Shown here in pieces: positions 1-8,763 of a stretch of DNA of 24,000 nucleotides; within the stretch, counting starts at the first letter, position 1, and every line of letters starts with the position of its first letter. Origin of the DNA: Streptomyces sp. NBC_01190 (lineage in GTDB: Bacteria; Actinomycetota; Actinomycetes; Streptomycetales; Streptomycetaceae); contig NZ_CP108580.1 of assembly GCF_045039895.1 (NCBI RefSeq), positions 6,765,953-6,789,952 of the forward strand, written 5' to 3'. The position numbers and the translations under genes are program-made. A model generated the notes under the pieces. That model was given only the letters and a program-made list of their open reading frames with translations, searched no databases and was not told the DNA's origin.

Positions 1-1
1 C

Positions 2-292
2 GAGGAGCGGATCATCTACCGACTCCTCGGGCTGGGCCGGACCGGGCACCTGGAACTGGTCGAGCAGCGCGAGCACGAGTGGATCGCCTCCGTCGACGGC
101 GCGGCACCGGTCATCCTCGGCGCGATGGGCATCGCGATGCTGCCTGGCGGCCCGTACGAGAAACCGGCAACCCCCCGCGTCGAACACCTCGGCCCCATCC
201 CCGCGGACCGCGTCGGCCTCGTCCGGCAGAACATCGCCGTCGTCCGCGAAGCGGCCGGCAGCAGCGTGCGGATCAGCGGGGCCCACGCATGA
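2..292 (+). CDS. C-terminal fragment of a hypothetical protein (5' end outside window)
   Basis: Frame is open from the window edge (EERIIYRLLGLGRTGHLELVEQREHEW...VRISGAHA*) with GC-rich third positions. Its TGA (290-292) overlaps the ATG (289-291) of the next gene (ATGA). The ORF-track frame 79-288 is Arg-rich and looks like the wrong frame here. Confidence 0.5.
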   Translation, partial: EERIIYRLLGLGRTGHLELVEQREHEWIASVDGAAPVILGAMGIAMLPGGPYEKPATPRVEHLGPIPADRVGLVRQNIAVVREAAGSSVRISGAHA

Positions 293-1356
293 GCCTTCTC
301 CCCGACCCCGTCCTGCTCAAGGCACCGGCACACGTGCTGCTCGCAGCGCCGATCGAGGTCGCCGAGCACACGATGGGACCCGACAGTCTCCTGCGCTACT
401 TAACGATCAAGGTGCATCACCTCATCCAGAACCGCCCCTGGGACACCATCAGCGTGGTCGGTGGCTACGACCGGTCCACCGTGATTTCCAGATTCGAGAA
501 GACCGGCAAGCTGTTCAACTGGCAGCGCCCTACGGCAAAGGCCAGCGGACGCCACCTCACGCTCCAGGCGTTCCCCGGAACGGACTACGTCCACCACTAC
601 GGCCTGATCATCTCCACCTACCTGTCCATGGTCGGCCGGGACGCAGGGCACGTCACCTTCCACGTACCCGCTCCGGATACATGCCGTAAGGTCGTGGAAC
701 TCCTCCACCTCGAACTCGACGGCGACCTTGTCGTGGTCGGCTGGGGTCTGGAGCACCTGGCTCCCGCCGGAGGGCTGTGGACACCCGGGCCGGGCTACGC
801 CTATCAGCGAGCCACCGTCCACGGCCGCCGGGTGGTCTACCTCGGGTTCCAGCACAGCATCTGGGGCGATGTCGCCGGACGGGTCGTCGCCCGGCTCGCC
901 GCGCTCGGCGCTGGCGATGTCGTTTACGTCGGCAAGGTCGGCGCCCTGATCCCCGGTATCGAGCCCAACACCGCACTGGCCACGGGCAACCGCAGCCTGG
1001 TCAGCGGTGTGCTCGTCACGTGGAAGGACTTCTTCGCAGGGTTCGCCGCCGCCCAGCCCGGTGTGCACACCGGCGTCCACGTCACCTCGCCGTCGATCCT
1101 GCTGGAAAACCGGGACTGGCTCGCCCGACACGCCCCGTACGCCTTCGTCGATCCGGAGATAGGCCCCATGGGGGCAGCCGCGCGCGAGGCGGCCATCGGT
1201 TTCGGCTACCTCCACGTCATTTCCAACAACCTCGCCCGTCACTACCCCGCGGATCTGTCCAACGAGCGACACCACGAGGTCATCCAGCGCCGCACCGCCC
1301 TCGTGCACCGGATACGCGCGATCATCGCAGACCGCCTGGCCACCGGCCCCCGCTGA
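289..1356 (+). CDS. Two-domain protein with a C-terminal nucleoside phosphorylase/nucleosidase (PNP_UDP superfamily)-like domain
   Basis: ATG at 289 is coupled to the upstream stop. The C-terminal half shows the phosphorylase-superfamily pattern: VVYLGFQHSIWGD, GAGDVVYVGKVGAL, VHVTSPS and FVDPEIGPMGAAAREAAIGFGYLHVISNN (counterpart of the xxMExxA...ISD block). The N-terminal ~180 aa are not recognised. Confidence 0.6.
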   Translation: MSLLPDPVLLKAPAHVLLAAPIEVAEHTMGPDSLLRYLTIKVHHLIQNRPWDTISVVGGYDRSTVISRFEKTGKLFNWQRPTAKASGRHLTLQAFPGTDYVHHYGLIISTYLSMVGRDAGHVTFHVPAPDTCRKVVELLHLELDGDLVVVGWGLEHLAPAGGLWTPGPGYAYQRATVHGRRVVYLGFQHSIWGDVAGRVVARLAALGAGDVVYVGKVGALIPGIEPNTALATGNRSLVSGVLVTWKDFFAGFAAAQPGVHTGVHVTSPSILLENRDWLARHAPYAFVDPEIGPMGAAAREAAIGFGYLHVISNNLARHYPADLSNERHHEVIQRRTALVHRIRAIIADRLATGPR

Positions 1357-1376
1357 ACACGAGAAAGAAACTGACC

Positions 1377-2066
1377 ATGACGCCGCCACCACCCGAAACC
1401 GCCCACGGCCGGGTCATCACCCTCACCGGCATCGATGGCGCGGGCAAATCGACCCTCGCCTCGCGCCTTCACCAGGCCCTCGCCGACGCTGGCCACCCAG
1501 TCCTCCTGATCGGCAAGAACAACACCACTGTGCCCATGGACACCGAACTGTCCGCCTACCTCGACCGCCTCAACGCACTGGTCTACCGCCGCGATCCCCG
1601 CGTCGCTCAAGCCTGCGGCGACCACTACTGGCTGCTGGCGCTGGCCGCCTGGTACACCCTCCAGGACACCGTCGTGATCCAGCCGGCCCTCGCCGCCGGC
1701 ACCCACGTCATCCTGGACAACGCCCACCACAAGATCCTCGCCCGCTACGCCGTCACCCCCGGCGTCTCCACCCCCCTGGCCGAACAGGTCTTCGCACACC
1801 TCAGCGAACCCGACCTGGTGATCTTTCTGCGGATCGGCGCCCGTGAAGCCCTGGCCCGCAAAGGCGCGTTCACCTCTCTGGAGACCGGGCACTCCGGCGC
1901 CCGCAGGGAGGACTTCGTCCGCTACCAGGACGCGGTCCTGGGCCACCTCCGCGAGCAGGAGCGGCCCGGCGGCTGGCTGTCCATCGACGTCACCGGTATG
2001 GACCGCGATGCCGTCTTCGAAGCGGCGGCAGGCGCGCTCGCCGACCGTCTCCACATCACCATCTGA
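1377..2066 (+). CDS. P-loop kinase, thymidylate kinase (dTMP kinase)-like
   Basis: ATG at 1377 lies 20 nt after the upstream stop. The Walker A ITLTGIDGAGKST is typical of Tmk/deoxynucleoside kinase families. The expected DR(Y/H) motif is replaced by VILDNAHHK, so it is probably not a housekeeping tmk. The ORF-track start at 777 is an Arg-rich over-extension. Confidence 0.65.
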   Translation: MTPPPPETAHGRVITLTGIDGAGKSTLASRLHQALADAGHPVLLIGKNNTTVPMDTELSAYLDRLNALVYRRDPRVAQACGDHYWLLALAAWYTLQDTVVIQPALAAGTHVILDNAHHKILARYAVTPGVSTPLAEQVFAHLSEPDLVIFLRIGAREALARKGAFTSLETGHSGARREDFVRYQDAVLGHLREQERPGGWLSIDVTGMDRDAVFEAAAGALADRLHITI

Positions 2067-2096
2067 CCGACCCCAACCCCACGCGAGGAACACATC

Positions 2097-3014
2097 ATGC
2101 CGGTGACCTGGTCGCAAGGAAGCACCTACGTGTGCCACGGCATCACCTGGGCGACCGGAAACCCCCGTCTCCTGCTCGCCCCGCTCCCCGGCGGGGCGCT
2201 GATCTACGCCGAGATCATGAAGCAGCGACTCGGCTTCCAAGCTGGGGCCGGCCGGTGGTGCACCGGCCGGTACGGCTTCGCCAGCGCCATCCAGGTCGAA
2301 GCCGTCGCCTGCCCCGACCGCGCGCCCGCCAAGCACGGTGGCCAGTGCGCCCGGTGCGCCGCCCAGGACGAGTTCCGCTTCGCCCACCAGTACCACCAAG
2401 GCGGCCATGCTCCGGAAGCAGTCGTCCGGTATATGGCTCAGCCGCACTGGTTGTACCTGGCCACCTTCGCCGACGGTGGCACCAAGGTCGGCACCGCAGC
2501 CGAACCCCGCAAGCAATCCCGACTCGACGAACAAGGCCCGGTGTTCGCCACCTACCTGGCCAGGGCCTCCGACGGCCGCACCGTCCGCTACGCAGAAGAC
2601 GCCCTCACCCAGCGCCTCCACCTGCCCCAGACCGTACGGGCCCAGGCCAAGCTCCGCGCCCTGGCTGATGTCAGCGACTTGTCCGAAGCCGGCGTGGCCC
2701 ACGATGACGCTGTGGACCGCGCCGTTGACGCCCTGGCCGATATGGGTATCCCCCCGGCACCGGAGAAGTGGGCGCCGCCAGCCGAAGGCGACCTGCTCCG
2801 GGCCTTCGGCACGCAGTGCGTGCTTTACCCGCACGACCCGCGTGCGGGCGAGCACGGCTTCACCCCTCTGTCCTGCGTGGGCTCCAACACGCTCGCCGTA
2901 CTGGAGGACACCGAGATGAGTTATCTCCTCGACCTCGGAGCGCTCAAAGGCTGCCGCATCACCTTCGGCGACTTCACCTCCCCAAGGGCAGTCATCCAGT
3001 CATCCCTGTTCTGA
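2097..3014 (+). CDS. Hypothetical protein, DUF2797-like (Cys cluster plus HWLYLATF..GGTKVGT core)
   Basis: ATG at 2097 follows GAGG (2085-2088). Codon bias is good. There is a Cys cluster (C..HGGQCARC) followed by a WLYLATFADGGTKVGTA block, which resembles the DUF2797/T5orf172-type core as I remember it. The family assignment is from memory only. Confidence 0.5.
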   Translation: MPVTWSQGSTYVCHGITWATGNPRLLLAPLPGGALIYAEIMKQRLGFQAGAGRWCTGRYGFASAIQVEAVACPDRAPAKHGGQCARCAAQDEFRFAHQYHQGGHAPEAVVRYMAQPHWLYLATFADGGTKVGTAAEPRKQSRLDEQGPVFATYLARASDGRTVRYAEDALTQRLHLPQTVRAQAKLRALADVSDLSEAGVAHDDAVDRAVDALADMGIPPAPEKWAPPAEGDLLRAFGTQCVLYPHDPRAGEHGFTPLSCVGSNTLAVLEDTEMSYLLDLGALKGCRITFGDFTSPRAVIQSSLF

Positions 3015-3068
3015 CCAGCCGCCCGGATCAGTCGGCCGGGCCCTTCCCCGTGAGTGAGGCATTCCGCG

Positions 3069-3908
3069 ATGACACCACCCGACGCCATCCTCGGCTGGGA
3101 CGAGGACACCACGGCCGAGGCGTACGCCGCCTTCACCCGCAACTTCCCGATGTACCGCTCCACCAGCCGCGATCTCGTATGCCGCGCCCACGTGACCGAC
3201 AGCCGACTTGTCATCGACCTGTGCGGCGGCGCCGGCGCCACTGCCCAAGCGGTCCTCGACGTCGCGCCTGCCCGAACCCGCGTCGTGTCACTGGATTCCG
3301 CAGCCGCCATGCAGCGCGTCGGCCGCCGAACGCTGACAGACTCCCGCCTGAGCTGGATCACCGCTCCTGCCGAACAACTCGCCGACCACGTCCACGAGTC
3401 GGCCGACGCCGTGGTGTGCAACTCGGCGATCTGGAAGACCGATGTTCCCGCCGTTTTCACTGCCGTCCGTCGCGTGCTTCGCCCCAGCGGCCGGTTCGTC
3501 TTCAACATCGGCGGCGGCTTCGCCGGGATCACCCACCCCGACGAGGCGATCACCCACACGAAGCCATCGCTGAACAGCCTGATCCAGCAGATCGCCGCCC
3601 GTGACTTCGGCTACGTCCCGCCCCCCGTCACCGGCTCACCCCCCAAGCTGCCTTTACACAAGGTCACCGAGCATCTGGCCACTGCCGGGATGACCGTCGT
3701 GGAAACCGAGGTCACCGCCCAGCACAGCACGATCGCGGAGAAGAAGGCGTGGCTGTCCATTCCGGTCTTCTCCCGGCCCGACGGAACCCTGACCTTCAAA
3801 CAGCGCATGCAGATCCTCGAGGCGGCGTACGCCCTGATCGATCCCGGCGCACCAACCGTGACGAGCTGGCTCGTCGTCGTAGCGCAACGACCAGGGCGCC
3901 GGCCATGA
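3069..3908 (+). CDS. Class I SAM-dependent methyltransferase
   Basis: Motif I is VIDLCGGAGATAQAVLD, post-I is VVSLDSAAAM, and a VVCNSAIW motif IV-like block is present. ATG at 3069 is preceded by GAGTGAGG (3052-3059). The ORF-track GTG at 3054 is an alternative start. Confidence 0.75.
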   Translation: MTPPDAILGWDEDTTAEAYAAFTRNFPMYRSTSRDLVCRAHVTDSRLVIDLCGGAGATAQAVLDVAPARTRVVSLDSAAAMQRVGRRTLTDSRLSWITAPAEQLADHVHESADAVVCNSAIWKTDVPAVFTAVRRVLRPSGRFVFNIGGGFAGITHPDEAITHTKPSLNSLIQQIAARDFGYVPPPVTGSPPKLPLHKVTEHLATAGMTVVETEVTAQHSTIAEKKAWLSIPVFSRPDGTLTFKQRMQILEAAYALIDPGAPTVTSWLVVVAQRPGRRP

Positions 3909-4444
3909 CTTCCCCTACAGCCGACCTGGACCCAGCGAGCTGCGACCACACCAGCGTCGGGGTGCTCATCTCCGCCCCGGATGGCCTGCTCTTCTTCGAA
4001 CGGGCTACGCCACCAGTCGGATTGGCGCCGGTTGCAGGCCATATCGACCACCACGGCAGCCCGGAGCAAGCCGCCCGCGCTGAGGCGGCCGAAGAGGTCG
4101 GCCTGTCCCTCACCCACCTGCGCCTGCTCCTCACCGGGTGGCGGGCGAACCGGTGCCGCCGTCCCGCCACCGCTGCCGTCGGCCACCAGTGGTGGATCTA
4201 CGAGGCACAGGCGTTCGGCTCCCTCAGCCCGTCCGACCGAGAGGTACGCGCTCCCCGATGGATAGACCCCTACAAGCTCCACCAGCTCGCTCTGCGCACC
4301 GAGGCCTATGCCCAAGGCGGCCTCAGCGATGTCGAGTTCACTAGGCGGCCAGGTATGGCTCCCGTGTGGGTGCGGTTCCTGCACGAACTGAAAATCGTGA
4401 CCCTGGCCGAAGAGGTCCTCGCCGGGATCGACACCATCATCTGA
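3905..4444 (+). CDS. Nudix-fold protein with a degenerate Nudix box
   Basis: ATG at 3905 overlaps the methyltransferase TGA (ATGA, 3905-3908). The Nudix-like segment is GHIDHHGSPEQAARAEAAEEVGL. The EExGL end is kept, but the spacing to the first Gly is non-canonical and RE is replaced by AE. Confidence 0.6.
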   Translation: MTSPTADLDPASCDHTSVGVLISAPDGLLFFERATPPVGLAPVAGHIDHHGSPEQAARAEAAEEVGLSLTHLRLLLTGWRANRCRRPATAAVGHQWWIYEAQAFGSLSPSDREVRAPRWIDPYKLHQLALRTEAYAQGGLSDVEFTRRPGMAPVWVRFLHELKIVTLAEEVLAGIDTII

Positions 4445-4464
4445 CCGGAACCGGGGGAGCAGCC

Positions 4465-4965
4465 TCAACGTGTCGCGGCCACGGGTCTGGACGCGAGTCG
4501 GCGAGCGTACGCGCGAATCCGGGTCCGGTCCTCGGGGAAGACGCTCTCCCACTCCTCATCGAGTGCGACCCACACCGCCGGCTGGCCGCTCTCACCGCTC
4601 AACGGCATGTCACGACCGACGACCGCCACGTAGGACAAGCCCAAGGTGGGCGACCAATCGGAACGGTAGGAGCGGACCGCAGCGGCCCCGGGTTCGGCCA
4701 GCAACTGCGTCCGCAGGCCCGTTTCCTCCTCCAGCTCGCGGGCCGCAGCCGTGCGCGGTGTCTCCCCGGCTTCGACCTTGCCACCGGGCGGCACCCACCC
4801 GCGTACCCGGTGCCTGACTAGCACAACGTGCCTCAAGGCGAGATCGAATACCCAGACTTCGGCGGCGAGGGGATCCATCGGTGCCTGGCGAGCAAGCTCC
4901 AGCCAGGCCCTCGCGTCGTCGAACTCCAGCGCTGCGCACCCCACGTCAGCGGCCACCGCGTCCAT
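4465..4965 (-). CDS. Nudix hydrolase (canonical Nudix box)
   Basis: The box GGKVEAGETPRTAAARELEEETGL fits GX5EX7REUXEEXGU exactly. Start chosen is the ATG at 4965 (MDAVAADV...); a GTG at 4995 is an alternative. The longer ORF-track start at 5184 adds an Arg/Gly-rich extension. It converges on the plus-strand Nudix-like gene with a 20-nt gap. Confidence 0.8.
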   Translation of the reverse strand: MDAVAADVGCAALEFDDARAWLELARQAPMDPLAAEVWVFDLALRHVVLVRHRVRGWVPPGGKVEAGETPRTAAARELEEETGLRTQLLAEPGAAAVRSYRSDWSPTLGLSYVAVVGRDMPLSGESGQPAVWVALDEEWESVFPEDRTRIRAYARRLASRPVAATR

Positions 4966-5167
4966 GAGCACCTGTTCAGTTGCTGCGTACTTCACTCGAC
5001 CGACCCTATGCCGACGCGATCCGAGAGCAGCGCAGGCTCCCCAACGGCACGCTGCACGCCCATCAGGGCCCCGCATGACGGCTGGTGGGCGGCGCCAGCC
5101 CGGCACAGGCGAGAACCCAACGACATACGCGGCGCCACCATGGCGCCCGCTTTCCGAAGGAGCGCCA

Positions 5168-6382
5168 GTGGTCACTGACCTCAACCCCGCCCGCGCCTGG
5201 GTTGTTCTGGGCGGGATTCACCTGCTCAATGGAACCGCGCCGCGTGGCCCGGTCGAACCGATTGTGCTGATTCAGGTGCCCCCGCAGGAGGTATGCGTGC
5301 CAAGCACCACGGTCGTTGTGCCGTGGGCACGTCTCGGCAGTTGCCACGTCACGGCCCTGAAAACCAATGGCGATGAGATCACCACCGGCACGATCCACGG
5401 CAGCACTCTGTTTCCCGACGCCATCGCCGGACACCCGCTTCGCACTCTCGTCGGCGAGGCGGCAGCTCCAGGACTCGTCCCCTTGTGCTACCTCGCCGCA
5501 GATCCTGGCGGCGGCTATCACGTCTATGCGCAGATCCAGTTCCACGCCGAGGACGCCTGCTTCGTCCGCACGACCCGCGAGCCGGTCGGCGCGGGCGCAC
5601 CTCCTGAGGCGCTGCGCTGGCTCGAATCCGCCCTGGCCGCTCACGCCGCGGCAGCACTACGGCTGAACAACCATCAGCGATACTTCCGCACCCACTTCGC
5701 TGGCACCGAACTGGAATACAAGTACAACCTGACGCCCCAAGCGGATATCTGGGCGGTGTCCCACGCTCTACTGCGAGCCTTGACCCACGGCGATGTGCCC
5801 GGCTGCCGACCGGAATACCGGCAGGAGTTCCACAACGCGTACTTCGACAACCACATGTTCGAGGTCACCGGACCCGAGGCAGAGCGTGGCTACGCCTCCC
5901 TCATCCCCACCGCGAACGGTGGACACGTCCTCAAGCGCAAGTGGTTCGACAAGGACGCCCTTGCTCGTCGCGAGCAGATCCACCACCCCGCCATCACGGT
6001 CCAGCCCAACGGCTTCGCGGAGTACCTGCGCTCGGACTTGGGGCTCCAAGTCCGAGCGATGCCCCCCTTCCACAGAGTCCGTTACGACGTGCAGTGCGAA
6101 TCCATGGCCACCGGACACATCTACAGCATCATCTTCGACCGCTGCTCCCTGCTGGCAGCACCCGAAGTGGTCCTGTCCCAATGCGAGATGGAGTACCGGC
6201 GCTCGCGCAGCGTCGTCGAGCGCCCCGAGAGCGAAGTCCTCGACGAGATGGACCGCCTACACCGCTGGCTCCTGTCCTACCTATCAGCGCTCGGTCTCAC
6301 AACCGAAGCCACCTTCTACTCAAAGCTCAGTTTCCTGCGCGACACCCTCGCCGAGCGACCGGACCTGACCCCGCTCCCCTGA
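5168..6382 (+). CDS. CYTH-like (triphosphate tunnel metalloenzyme) domain protein with an unrecognised N-terminal domain
   Basis: GTG at 5168 lies 5 nt after GAAGGAG (5156-5162). The C-terminal ~235 aa carry the CYTH pattern: ExExK (TELEYKYNL), YFDNH, basic strands (VLKRKW, ARREQ, HRVRYD) and a terminal acidic ExE (QCEMEYRR). The ORF-track start at 4751 runs antisense through the Nudix gene and is rejected. Confidence 0.6.
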   Translation: MVTDLNPARAWVVLGGIHLLNGTAPRGPVEPIVLIQVPPQEVCVPSTTVVVPWARLGSCHVTALKTNGDEITTGTIHGSTLFPDAIAGHPLRTLVGEAAAPGLVPLCYLAADPGGGYHVYAQIQFHAEDACFVRTTREPVGAGAPPEALRWLESALAAHAAAALRLNNHQRYFRTHFAGTELEYKYNLTPQADIWAVSHALLRALTHGDVPGCRPEYRQEFHNAYFDNHMFEVTGPEAERGYASLIPTANGGHVLKRKWFDKDALARREQIHHPAITVQPNGFAEYLRSDLGLQVRAMPPFHRVRYDVQCESMATGHIYSIIFDRCSLLAAPEVVLSQCEMEYRRSRSVVERPESEVLDEMDRLHRWLLSYLSALGLTTEATFYSKLSFLRDTLAERPDLTPLP

Positions 6383-6413
6383 GCACCCCGCTTCGTTGTG
6401 AAGACCTCGCTGA

Positions 6414-7574
6414 CTATGCGTTAACAGGCAACGCGACCAGACCACGCACCAGGCGGGTTCGGCGCCATTCCAGTTGGTCGGCCGGGACGGCGAGCCTGAG
6501 CCGGGGGAAACGGGTCAGAATCGCCCGCAGAGCGATGTCAGCTTCCGCTCTGGCGAGCGGGGCACCGACGCAGCGGTGGATGCCGTGGCCGAAGGCGAGG
6601 TGGCCGGTGGCCTCACGGTTGAGGTCGAGCTGGTCTGGGGCCGGGAACCGCTGCGGGTCTCGGTTGGCGGCGCCGAGGGTGATCAGCACGGGAACATTGG
6701 CCGGGATCTCGGTGCCGCCGAGTGTGATGGCTTCGGTGGTGTATCGGAAAGTGGCCGTGCTGACGGGCGAGTCGAAGCGCAGCAGTTCCTCCAAGGCGGC
6801 CGGGATGCTCTCCGGTTTGCTGCGCAGGCGCTCCTGTTCGGTGGGGTGCTGGAGGAGTGCCAAGGCGGCGTTGCCGAGGAAGTTGGTGGTGGTCTCGTGT
6901 CCGGCGACCAGCAGCAGCACCGCCAGAGAGACCAGCTCCTCCTCACTGAGGCGGTCTTCCCCGTCGCGAGCCGCGATGAGGCCGTCGAGGAGTGAGCCGC
7001 CGGGCCGCGAGCGCTTGGCCGCGATAAGCCCGGTCATGTACTCGGCCATGGAGTGCGAGGCTTCGTCGATGAGGTCGGGCTTGCCGGCGGCGAACAACTG
7101 GGCGGACCAGCGCTGGACGTCGGGCCGGTCGGTTTCCGGCACGCCGAGCAGTTCGCAGATCACGATGACCGGCAGCGGTACGGCCAGGCTGGCGACGAGG
7201 TCGATCTGTTCGCCGAGGGGCCACTGATCGAGCAGGCGGTCGGTCGTTTGCGCGATGAACGGGCGCAGTTCAGCGACAGCGCCAGTGGTGAATGCCTTGG
7301 TCACCAGCTTGCGGAGCCTGGTGTGGTGGGGCGGATCGGTGGCCAGCATGTTGTGTGCGACTGCCGGGTGCAGCCGCCGCCGTGAGCCCTTGTCGGCGAA
7401 GAAGGCGGCGGTGTCTTTCGAGAGCCGGGGATCGGCGAGGGCCTGCCGGGCCTCGGCGTAGCCGAGGACCAGGTAGTTGATGTGCCCGCCCGAGCCGGTG
7501 GGGACGGCCTGCACCGGGCACGCGGAGCGCATGGCCGCGTAGGTGGCGTACGGGTCTTGAGTGGGGTCGGTCAT
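6414..7574 (-). CDS. Cytochrome P450
   Basis: Heme-binding loop FGHGIHRCVGAPLA, ExxR (EELLRF) and I-helix LLLVAGHETT are all present. ATG at 7574 lies 4 nt downstream of the preceding gene's stop, which indicates the same operon. The ORF-track start at 7589 is a TTG. Confidence 0.9.
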   Translation of the reverse strand: MTDPTQDPYATYAAMRSACPVQAVPTGSGGHINYLVLGYAEARQALADPRLSKDTAAFFADKGSRRRLHPAVAHNMLATDPPHHTRLRKLVTKAFTTGAVAELRPFIAQTTDRLLDQWPLGEQIDLVASLAVPLPVIVICELLGVPETDRPDVQRWSAQLFAAGKPDLIDEASHSMAEYMTGLIAAKRSRPGGSLLDGLIAARDGEDRLSEEELVSLAVLLLVAGHETTTNFLGNAALALLQHPTEQERLRSKPESIPAALEELLRFDSPVSTATFRYTTEAITLGGTEIPANVPVLITLGAANRDPQRFPAPDQLDLNREATGHLAFGHGIHRCVGAPLARAEADIALRAILTRFPRLRLAVPADQLEWRRTRLVRGLVALPVNA

Positions 7575-7578
7575 GTGG

Positions 7579-8763
7579 TCAGGCTCCAACTGGTTCGGGC
7601 TGCTCGCCGCCGGCGACGCGCGCAGTACGTTGCGAATAGGCGCTGGCCACCTGGAGGAGCCACTGGGTCTCTTCGCGGAGGTCTTTGCGTGACGGGGCTT
7701 CCGCCGGCGGCAGGGCGACTTCCTCGGCGAGGAGACCGGCCTTCATTGCCGCAAGTGCCGCCTTTACGACGGCAGCCTCGATGGTCGCGGCCTGGTCCTC
7801 CGTTACGGCGTCGGTAGTCCGCTGGGCCGTCTCCAGGTCCTTGCGGGAGCGGTAGGGGCGAAGGGCGAGGATGCCGTCGCTGATCTCGATGACCCGGCGC
7901 TGGAGCAGGAAGTCCGCGTCGGTGGATGCGTTGGCGTTGACGTCTTCGGCCGGGAGAACGATCTCCGGCATGGCGGCCGACAGGTCCTGCCAGAGCGGAC
8001 CGAGTGCTTCGAAGGACCGCACCTCCCAGCGTCGGCGGTGGGCCTGACTGACCGGGTAGACCACGGCCGGCAGGGTGAGGCCGACGCAGATCAGGAGAAC
8101 CGCGAGCGCGGGGGACGTCACGCTGAAGACGCAGGGCGAGGACGTCAAGGTCGAGCAGTGCTGGTGATCAGGGATCAGGTGGAATCCCAGGCCCAAGGAG
8201 ACGAGAACCGTCACCTTGTACGCCGCGTAGACGAGCGCGAACAAGCAGCCGGCGGCTGCGAGGCGGAGGCCAAGCCGGACGCTGCTCCGGCGAGTCGACT
8301 TGGACTGCCGCAGAGCCTGCTGCAGGAAGTCGATGATGGCGAAGCCGAGGTAGGTGATGAACACGAGCAGGTAGAGCGCGTACACCTGCGGCGATCGGTG
8401 CGTCATCTGCTCGTAGGCGAAGAGCACCGTCATGCCGAAGACGGAGGCAGCCAGGAGAAGGAGGCGCAGCCGTATGCGGCGTCGTGCTTCCGCGGATTCC
8501 AGGTTGAGCTGGAAGGAGACGGCCACGACGGAGGCGGCGGCGGCCAGGGAGGCGGAGTTGCTCAGCAACCGGGCCACGTCTGGTACGACTGCCTCGACGG
8601 CGTTCTCGACCAGCGGCGCGTAGGAGGCGAAGGCCACCGCGAAGGAGGCGAGCAGGCTTCCCATGGCCCAGGTTCCCGCGGGGCGCGGGGTGCCCCGCCC
8701 GAGGATCCAGTAGCCGGCGGCCACTGCCAGGAGACAGGCCATGCCAAGAAAGAGGGCATTCAT
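7579..8763 (-). CDS. Polytopic membrane protein, MAB_1171c family/DUF6545-like
   Basis: About 6 hydrophobic helices are followed by a soluble C-terminal domain (WEVRSFEALGPLWQDL...LRPY). ATG at 8763 overlaps the ImmA-like stop (ATGA, 8760-8763). This matches the membrane partner usually found after actinobacterial ImmA-like 'toxin' genes (from memory). Confidence 0.7.
   Translation of the reverse strand: MNALFLGMACLLAVAAGYWILGRGTPRPAGTWAMGSLLASFAVAFASYAPLVENAVEAVVPDVARLLSNSASLAAAASVVAVSFQLNLESAEARRRIRLRLLLLAASVFGMTVLFAYEQMTHRSPQVYALYLLVFITYLGFAIIDFLQQALRQSKSTRRSSVRLGLRLAAAGCLFALVYAAYKVTVLVSLGLGFHLIPDHQHCSTLTSSPCVFSVTSPALAVLLICVGLTLPAVVYPVSQAHRRRWEVRSFEALGPLWQDLSAAMPEIVLPAEDVNANASTDADFLLQRRVIEISDGILALRPYRSRKDLETAQRTTDAVTEDQAATIEAAVVKAALAAMKAGLLAEEVALPPAEAPSRKDLREETQWLLQVASAYSQRTARVAGGEQPEPVGA

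Noticed and set aside
79-288. Upstream extensions offered by the ORF track (79-288, 777-1376, 4751-5167, 11623-11742, 12714-12761, 13744-14145, 15269-15352)
   Set aside because: The extensions are Arg/Pro-rich and overlap upstream genes in another frame. Better internal starts exist, with an RBS or ATGA/GTGA/TGATG coupling.
400-2855. Long minus-strand ORFs (400-1392, 1242-2855) antisense to the PNP-like, kinase and DUF2797-like genes
   Set aside because: These are typical high-GC shadow ORFs. They are Gly/Arg/Asp/Val-rich and low in complexity, carry no motifs, and lie opposite ORFs that have clear domain signatures and correct third-position GC bias.
6414-7574. Assigning the P450 to the nucleotide-enzyme cassette as a tailoring enzyme
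   Set aside because: It is on the opposite strand. It starts 4 nt after the DUF6545-like membrane gene and so belongs transcriptionally to the ImmA-like operon. It only converges on the CYTH gene.
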